Below, piece by piece: positions 58,419 through 64,000 of a stretch of 64,000 nucleotides of DNA. Every line of letters begins with the position of its first letter. The stretch's first letter is position 1. The stretch spans positions 6,361 to 70,360 of the forward strand of contig DAOPYN010000013.1 in assembly GCA_035352895.1 (NCBI GenBank), read 5' to 3'. The notes beneath the pieces were generated by a model, which was not told the DNA's origin, did not search any database, and worked only from the letters and a program-made list of their open reading frames with translations. Source of the DNA: Fibrobacteria bacterium (GTDB lineage Bacteria; Fibrobacterota; Fibrobacteria; UBA5070). A program made the translations under genes and the position numbers.

Positions 58419-59525
58419 TCAGTCCAGGAAGTCCTTCTCCTTGAGCTTCCTGGGCAGGTATTCGTCGGAGGCGAAGGTGATTCCCTTGGCGCTGAGGGCT
58501 TCCAGTTCCAGCTTCACCTTGCTGGAGAGCATCCGCTGGATCTCCTTCTGCCAGGCCTTGTTGCCCGTGAACCACGGGTAGGCCATGATCTCCTTGGCCC
58601 GGGCGATGTCGGTGTCCTCCAGACGGATGGTGACCTCGTCGGGAATCTGGAACTTTTCGACGTCGGCGCTGGAAAGCCCGATGAACTTCGCGCTGGGGAT
58701 GGCCATCCGCCGGGATTCGTAGGCCAGCGAGATCGAACCCTGCTTGACCACGGAATAGATGTAGTAGCCCCAGGGGTCGTTATCGACGAACACGTAGAGG
58801 GGGAGCTTCAGTTCGTGGACCATGCGGTGCATGAGCCGACGCACGCCGCGGGGTGGCTGGCCTCCGCCGTGGATGAGGATGCAGTGGTGCTTCTTCCAGA
58901 ACTTGTCTTCGTTGAGACGCCGCCACATGGCGTCCTTCTCCACCAGGAGGACGAACTTGGCCTCGCACTCGCGGAACTGGATCACGTCGGGTTCCACGAT
59001 GGATGGCACCGACCAGCCGCCCGTGCCCATGCGCCGGGCGTCGATGACGTCGCCCCCGTCCACCACGGTGATCTCGCCGACCATGGCTCCCTTGTTGGAA
59101 GCGAACAGGTGCAGTTCCTCGCGCAGGCTGTCCAGGGTCACCTCGAGGTCCTCGATGATCGGGTCGGATTCGGCCTGGTCGTCGAAGGTGTTCTCGCGCG
59201 TGCCCGCGATGGTGTGCTTGGTCATGTAGTACAGGTCACGAATCGAGTTGGTCTTGCCGGCGTCCACCAGGCGCTTGCAGGCTTCCGCGACCAGCATCGT
59301 CTGCATGAACTTCTTGGACTGGCCCAGGTTGAAGAATTCGCGGGCGGTCTTCCCGTCGCCCATCTCGATGATCCTCTTGACCTCGTTGAAGTTGACGTTG
59401 GCCAGGGTGCGCGAGGGCACGTTGAACCGGGGATCCTCGCCGGCGAGCCCCTGCACCCGCACATGACGGGCCATCTGGATGATCTTCTCGTCGGTGGGCA
59501 GGCGGACGATCTTCTTCGAGCTCAT
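58419..59525 (-). CDS. top6A: DNA topoisomerase VI subunit A (Spo11/Top6A family)
   Basis: MSSKKIVRL start. 5Y-CAP motif IRDLYYM. Toprim acidic residues in LLVEKDAMW and VFVDNDPWGYYIYSV. The remainder of track ORF 58419-60857 is antisense read-through. Confidence 0.9.
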   Translation of the reverse strand: MSSKKIVRLPTDEKIIQMARHVRVQGLAGEDPRFNVPSRTLANVNFNEVKRIIEMGDGKTAREFFNLGQSKKFMQTMLVAEACKRLVDAGKTNSIRDLYYMTKHTIAGTRENTFDDQAESDPIIEDLEVTLDSLREELHLFASNKGAMVGEITVVDGGDVIDARRMGTGGWSVPSIVEPDVIQFRECEAKFVLLVEKDAMWRRLNEDKFWKKHHCILIHGGGQPPRGVRRLMHRMVHELKLPLYVFVDNDPWGYYIYSVVKQGSISLAYESRRMAIPSAKFIGLSSADVEKFQIPDEVTIRLEDTDIARAKEIMAYPWFTGNKAWQKEIQRMLSSKVKLELEALSAKGITFASDEYLPRKLKEKDFLD

Positions 59526-61339
59526 GCTTCGTCGTCTCCGAACAGGCTGGCTTGGACTGCCTTGGCGCTGGATTCTTCGTGATGGCCTTCGGGGCGGTGG
59601 GTCTTGGCCTTGGGGGCGGCGGTGGTGGATTCCACCAGGCTCTCCAGATCTCCCTCGGATGGTTCGGGGAGGGTGTCCGTATCGATTTCCGGCGGCAGTT
59701 CCGAGGCGACCACCGCACCCGGAACCAGGGGCTGGCCGTCCTCGCCGATCACCAGGGTCCCTTCCATCTCCTCGGGGGCCTCCTTGTGCTTCATGGCCTC
59801 CAGCTTCTCGGCCAGCTCGGTCTTCTTGCGGGAGGTTTCCAGAAGCGCCTCGCGCAGGTCGGATCCGTCCTCCTTGGTGATCTGCTGGAAGGCGCGCACC
59901 ACCTCCTCGATGTAGGCGTTGAAGATGTTGCGGCGCTTGGCCTGGCTCGCGGCAGCCTGCTTCTTCTTCAAGTAAGTGCCCAGCTTGCGGCCGGCATCCT
60001 GCAGGGCCAGCTTGAATTCCTTGCGGATCTCGTCGTAGTCGGCGATGGCTTCCTTGGCCTGGTTGGTGAAGGGGACCCACACCGAGGCCATGTGGACCAT
60101 GATCACCAGGGGACCCACGGGGAGCGATCCCTTGGACTGCTGGAGTCCGTACGACTTCCACGCCACGTCCATGACCGCCTTGGTGCTGGAACAGGCCGAG
60201 AGCTGGTATTGCAGGGGGACGCGGTTGGCGAAGCGGATCACCCGGGCCACGCTGTCGCTTTCCAGCTTTCCGCCCCAGGCAAGACCCACTTCGATCTGGA
60301 AGGGATTGCCGCGATAGATGGAGGGCTTGCGCGTGGTGGCGGAGTAGAATTCCGCTCCCAGTTCCTTGTGCATGCCTTTCAGGAGGTGCTCCACCCCGAT
60401 GGGAGCCAGACAGTCGGTCCGGGGTGGGGGAAGCTCCGCCTTCTGCAGGGCATGGAAGAGCTTTTCCGCTTCGTGGGGGTGGAGGTCGGCGGGCACCGCG
60501 GACAGGGCGATGCCACTTGCCTTGCAGACCTGGCTGGCCGCCTGGGAAGTCACCCGCGAGAACGAGCCGGTGAGGAACACGCCCATGGAGCGGTGCGGAC
60601 TGTCGTGCAGGAGCCGCGTGAAGATTCCCAGCTCGATCCCGTGGGGATGGGGTTGGATCTCCACCGGTTCGGGAGGGAGTTCCTTGGCCGCACGTGGAAA
60701 GATCCGTTCGGTGTTGTCGGGGGCCAGGAAGGAAAATTCCGCGTGGGGGTTGGCGATCGCCGTCTGTTCCAGGTATTCGTCCACCGACTGGCGTCCGCGG
60801 AAGAACGTGGCCTTCATGGTGATCTCGACCTTCGTGCCCGTTCCGGGGTCGCCCCAATCGACCTCGTCGTCCACGAGGATAACGGGCTCGTTGCGCTTGA
60901 GGTCCATGCGCAGTTCGTAGTAGTGGGCGGGCTTGGACTTGAAGGGGCGGCTGGTGATCTGGACGGGCTTGGCCGTGGTGATCTGTCCGTACATGCCCGC
61001 CGCGCTGATCCCGATGCCTTGCTGGCCGCGGCTCATGCGCAACCGGTGGAACTTGGAGCCGTACAGGAGTTTCCCGAACACCCGGGGGATCTGGGCCTTC
61101 ATGATGCCGGGGCCGTTGTCGCGCACGGAAAGGACGTAGTGATCCTCGGTCCCCTCCACCTTGCGGATCTCGACCCGGATCCGGGGGAGGATCCGCGCTT
61201 CTTCGCAGGCATCCAGCGAGTTGTCGACGGCTTCCTTCACCGCCGTCAGGAGGGCCTTTCTGGTGTTGTCGAATCCAAGCATATGCCGGTTCTTCGCGAA
61301 GAAGTCGGCGACCGAGATCTCCTGCTGGCGCTTGGCCAT
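59522..61339 (-). CDS. top6B: DNA topoisomerase VI subunit B (GHKL ATPase)
   Basis: Stop overlaps the top6A start (ATGA). Bergerat-fold motifs EAVDNSLDA, VRDNGPGI, SRGQQGIGISAA. Transducer region and an acidic C-terminal tail follow. Start at MAKRQQEIS (61339). Confidence 0.9.
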   Translation of the reverse strand: MAKRQQEISVADFFAKNRHMLGFDNTRKALLTAVKEAVDNSLDACEEARILPRIRVEIRKVEGTEDHYVLSVRDNGPGIMKAQIPRVFGKLLYGSKFHRLRMSRGQQGIGISAAGMYGQITTAKPVQITSRPFKSKPAHYYELRMDLKRNEPVILVDDEVDWGDPGTGTKVEITMKATFFRGRQSVDEYLEQTAIANPHAEFSFLAPDNTERIFPRAAKELPPEPVEIQPHPHGIELGIFTRLLHDSPHRSMGVFLTGSFSRVTSQAASQVCKASGIALSAVPADLHPHEAEKLFHALQKAELPPPRTDCLAPIGVEHLLKGMHKELGAEFYSATTRKPSIYRGNPFQIEVGLAWGGKLESDSVARVIRFANRVPLQYQLSACSSTKAVMDVAWKSYGLQQSKGSLPVGPLVIMVHMASVWVPFTNQAKEAIADYDEIRKEFKLALQDAGRKLGTYLKKKQAAASQAKRRNIFNAYIEEVVRAFQQITKEDGSDLREALLETSRKKTELAEKLEAMKHKEAPEEMEGTLVIGEDGQPLVPGAVVASELPPEIDTDTLPEPSEGDLESLVESTTAAPKAKTHRPEGHHEESSAKAVQASLFGDDEA

Positions 61340-61509
61340 GCTCTGGGCGTCTGGTGCGTTGGAAGCCAAGATTTCCCTCTCCCGGGCTACGTGGTCAAAG
61401 AGGGCAAACCTACGATAACCTGCACATGTGTACAAGGGCAGTGCTGCACCCGGGGATCCGCATTCAGCTGGACGGGGCTTCTTCGAAATGGCAGACTGAA
61501 GGAAACGAC

Positions 61510-61537
61510 TTGACTTAATCCCCTCCGGTGATATACT
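61510..61537 (+). promoter_or_regulatory. Near-consensus sigma70-type promoter upstream of the acidic-protein/mltD genes
   Basis: TTGACT (61510-61515), 16-nt spacer, TATACT (61532-61537). A GGAGGA RBS precedes ATG 61591. Confidence 0.5.
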
Positions 61538-61590
61538 TCCCCCCTCTGTATATGCGCCGGGTTGACTGTCCGGCTTTGGAGGATTCGCTC

Positions 61591-61821
61591 ATGCGTTCGG
61601 AACTAGTGCGCTGGGAGTTCGCTCGTCGACCCAAGCAGGATGAATTCGAGGATCTAGACGGTTCCCTGGGACCTGGATTCGAGGATGACGCCGACGGAGA
61701 ATTCTCCGAAGGTGACAACGAAGACGAGGAAAGCCAGGAGATCGACTTCGACGACCCCAATTTCGCCCGCGGCGAGGGGATCTGGAAGAGCTACGCAGAA
61801 GACCTGGACATCGAGGAGTGA
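61591..61821 (+). CDS. Highly acidic small protein (76 aa), hypothetical
   Basis: RBS plus ATG 61591 within track ORF 61528-61821. About 28 Asp/Glu versus 7 Lys/Arg residues. Its stop lies 1 nt before the mltD-like ATG. Confidence 0.55.
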   Translation: MRSELVRWEFARRPKQDEFEDLDGSLGPGFEDDADGEFSEGDNEDEESQEIDFDDPNFARGEGIWKSYAEDLDIEE

Positions 61822-61822
61822 G

Positions 61823-64000
61823 ATGAGTCGCAGGGCCCAAAACGTCCTGGCCCTGCTTGCAATGGCCACTCTCTGGAGCGGTTGTGCTTCGTCGCGACCT
61901 GCATCCACCGATTCCTTCACCCCCGCGGGGCGGATGGACATCGCCCGGACGCAAAATGTCCGCAAGACCCTGGACAGCGCCCTTTGGCTGCAGGCGCGCG
62001 GGCGCTATGTGCAGGCGCATGGCCTGCTTTCCAGCGCCCTTTCCGAGTTGTCCATGGTGGATACCACCGGGGCTGGCGAGGCTGTATCCAGCCTGACCGT
62101 CCAGGTCCTGGCCAGCATGCGCAATTCCCTTCCGTACTCCCTGGAGCCGGATGCCCTGGAAGACGCCGTGGCGGGCGAAGAGGATGGTGTGACCCTTCTT
62201 GATTCCATCCCGGAGTCGGTCGCGGGAACCCAGCTCGATTCCACCACCCTGGCGGCCCTGCGATCGGAAGTCCTGGTGGATTCCGCCGAGACGTTCGATC
62301 TTCCCATCGAGGCCAACGACCAGGTCCTGATGAACCTGCGCCTTCTGAAGAATCAGATTCCCCAGCACTTCGCCCGGTGGTTGGAGCGCAAGGGGCGGTG
62401 GGAGGAGATGATCACCCAGGAGCTGGTCGCCAGCGGCATGCCGCGGGACCTCATCTACCAGGCGATGATCGAGAGCGGATTCAATCCGCGTGCCACTTCG
62501 CCCGCGGCGGCGGCCGGAATCTGGCAGTTCATCCCCGGCACCGGACGGCGATTCGGGATGCGGATCGACCGGTTCGTGGACGAGCGTCGCGATCCGGTCA
62601 AGTCCACCCGCGCGGCCATCGCCTACCTGAACATCCTCTACCAGCAGTTCGGCGACTGGAAGCTCGCCATGGCCGCCTACAACTGCGGCGAGTTCTGCGT
62701 GGAGCGGACCATCCGCAAAGCCGGACACAACGACTACTGGACCCTTCCGTTGCCTCGGGAGACCAAGAACTACGTACCGCGGATCTTCGCGGCGGCCATC
62801 CTCGGCAAGAATCCCAAGGCGCATGGATTCGAGCTCAAGCCTTGGTCGCCGATGGCCATGGACACCTTCACCGTCGAGGGGGGCCTGACCTTCTCCCAGA
62901 TCGGCAAGGCGCTTGCCATCCCGGAAGACACGTTGGCCCTGCTCAATCCCGCCTTGGTCCGCCATACGACTCCACCCGCTCGCGAGCCCTGGCTCCTGAA
63001 CTTGCCCATGGGAGTGCGCGAGCGCTTCGCGGAAGTCTATCCGGATCTGGAGAAATCCTACCAGGCTCCCGCGCCCCAGCGCACCGTCCATCGGGTGCGG
63101 CGCAAGGAGACCCTGGTCGGCATCGCCTCCCGCTACGGGGTCACCGTCGCCGACCTCAAGCGCTGGAACAAGATATCGGGCAGACGTGTCTGGCCTGGAC
63201 GGAATCTGGTGGTCTACGGCGACTATCCCGGAGCACCCATGGTGCAGGCCAAGGAGCCGCCGCTGGCCAAGCGCGGCGAGGGCATCCCGGCGCGGTCCAA
63301 GCAGGCGGTCCACAAGGTGAGGCGGGGCGAGACCCTGTCCTCCATCGCCCTGCGGTACGGCGTCTCGCGCGAAGATCTGGCCGCCTGGAACGGCGGGAAC
63401 GTGGACCGCTTGAAGGCCGGGAAGTTCCTGTGGGTTTCGGCTCCGCTCGCGGATCTGCCGGCGGTTTCGGCTCCCACCGCCAAGCCGGTCGCCGTTGTGG
63501 CCGCGAAGGAGGCGCCCTCCAAGCCGGAAGCGTCCACTCCCCAGGGGACCCGCCATCGCGTGCGCCGAGGCGAAACCCTCGAGAAGATCGCTTCCCTCTA
63601 CGGGACCACTCCGGCGCATTTGCGCGCCTGGAACAAGCTGGCTTCCGACCATCTGCGCTCCGGAACACGGATCGTGGTCTCCGGTGAAGTCGCCAAGCCT
63701 TCCAAGGGCCAGGAGCACGCCGCTGTCGTCGCCGCCAAGGTTCCCGTCAAGCTGGAACAGCCCACGCCGCACCGTTTGGCTCTCGCCAAGCCGGAAGCGG
63801 CCTCGACCGGACCGGTCCACGTGGTGCGCGACGGCGAGACCCTGGACGCGATCGCCCAGAAGCATGCGGTGTCGGTGGGGTCCATCAAGCTCCTGAACCA
63901 CCTGCGCTCCTCCCGCATCGACATCGGACAGAAACTGATGCTCCCGGCGGGAGTCGCCCTCCAGCAGCCCTCGGCCCCTTCCGCTCCCCAGCGCGCCGCC
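61823..64000 (+). CDS. mltD: Membrane-bound lytic murein transglycosylase D-like lipoprotein with at least 4 LysM repeats (3' end outside window)
   Basis: Not in the ORF track because no stop falls within the window; I translated it by hand. MSRRAQNVLALLAMATLWSGC lipobox. SLT domain (AMIESGFNPRATSPAAAAGIWQFIPGTG, AAYNCGE). LysM repeats begin HRVRRKETLVGIASRYG, HKVRRGETLSSIALRYG, HRVRRGETLEKIASLYG, HVVRDGETLDAIAQKHA. Confidence 0.88.
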   Translation, partial: MSRRAQNVLALLAMATLWSGCASSRPASTDSFTPAGRMDIARTQNVRKTLDSALWLQARGRYVQAHGLLSSALSELSMVDTTGAGEAVSSLTVQVLASMRNSLPYSLEPDALEDAVAGEEDGVTLLDSIPESVAGTQLDSTTLAALRSEVLVDSAETFDLPIEANDQVLMNLRLLKNQIPQHFARWLERKGRWEEMITQELVASGMPRDLIYQAMIESGFNPRATSPAAAAGIWQFIPGTGRRFGMRIDRFVDERRDPVKSTRAAIAYLNILYQQFGDWKLAMAAYNCGEFCVERTIRKAGHNDYWTLPLPRETKNYVPRIFAAAILGKNPKAHGFELKPWSPMAMDTFTVEGGLTFSQIGKALAIPEDTLALLNPALVRHTTPPAREPWLLNLPMGVRERFAEVYPDLEKSYQAPAPQRTVHRVRRKETLVGIASRYGVTVADLKRWNKISGRRVWPGRNLVVYGDYPGAPMVQAKEPPLAKRGEGIPARSKQAVHKVRRGETLSSIALRYGVSREDLAAWNGGNVDRLKAGKFLWVSAPLADLPAVSAPTAKPVAVVAAKEAPSKPEASTPQGTRHRVRRGETLEKIASLYGTTPAHLRAWNKLASDHLRSGTRIVVSGEVAKPSKGQEHAAVVAAKVPVKLEQPTPHRLALAKPEAASTGPVHVVRDGETLDAIAQKHAVSVGSIKLLNHLRSSRIDIGQKLMLPAGVALQQPSAPSAPQRAA

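Overview
GC-rich bacterial chromosome segment (about two-thirds G+C by eye, strongly GC3-biased). Genes are densely packed and many are translationally coupled through ATGA/GTGA/TGATG overlaps. It looks mostly core, from a diderm, flagellated bacterium; phylum not determined (a T9SS-like sorting tail on one giant protein hints at an FCB/Gemmatimonadota-like lineage, inference only).

Layout:
- 1-13247: nuoC(partial)DEFGHIJKLMN, respiratory complex I.
- 13254-15630: PPP-family phosphatase diverging from argA.
- 15802-21994: rimP-nusA-infB-rbfA-truB; tpx converges on truB.
- 22572-26992: large HExxH/PD40/beta-rich envelope protein coupled to ampG.
- 26973-29205: two short flagellin genes, each with its own sigma28-like promoter, then a repeat-rich lipoprotein.
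- 29402-32487: lipoate-ligase-like gene, asd, small membrane ORF, alr.
- 32644-37017: TonB2/Ttp-like energy-transduction cluster, followed by a small beta-barrel-like protein.
- 38209-42558: purM, cysS, an N-terminally extended clpP-like gene, and an RluA-family synthase.
- 42572-44022: REC-like GGDEF cyclase coupled to a CheX-type phosphatase.
- 44063-46987: secreted beta-helix protein with a C10 tract, DUF475 membrane protein, ferredoxin, small ORF.
- 47046-52934: about 1960-aa secreted adhesin-like protein.
- 53049-58409: four coupled genes diverging from the adhesin gene (TPR-like / propeller+LysM / HAMP-GGDEF / AMIN-like).
- 58419-61339: bacterial topoisomerase VI (top6B-top6A).
- 61591-64000: very acidic small protein and an MltD-like LysM transglycosylase (3' partial).

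No tRNA, rRNA, CRISPR array, transposase or integrase was recognised. Best candidates for something new are the adhesin plus envelope c-di-GMP module, the GGDEF-CheX pair, the HExxH/PD40 protein coupled to ampG, and bacterial topo VI. All functional links are inference from domain motifs and gene order. Many very long ORFs in the track are antisense GC-bias artefacts.
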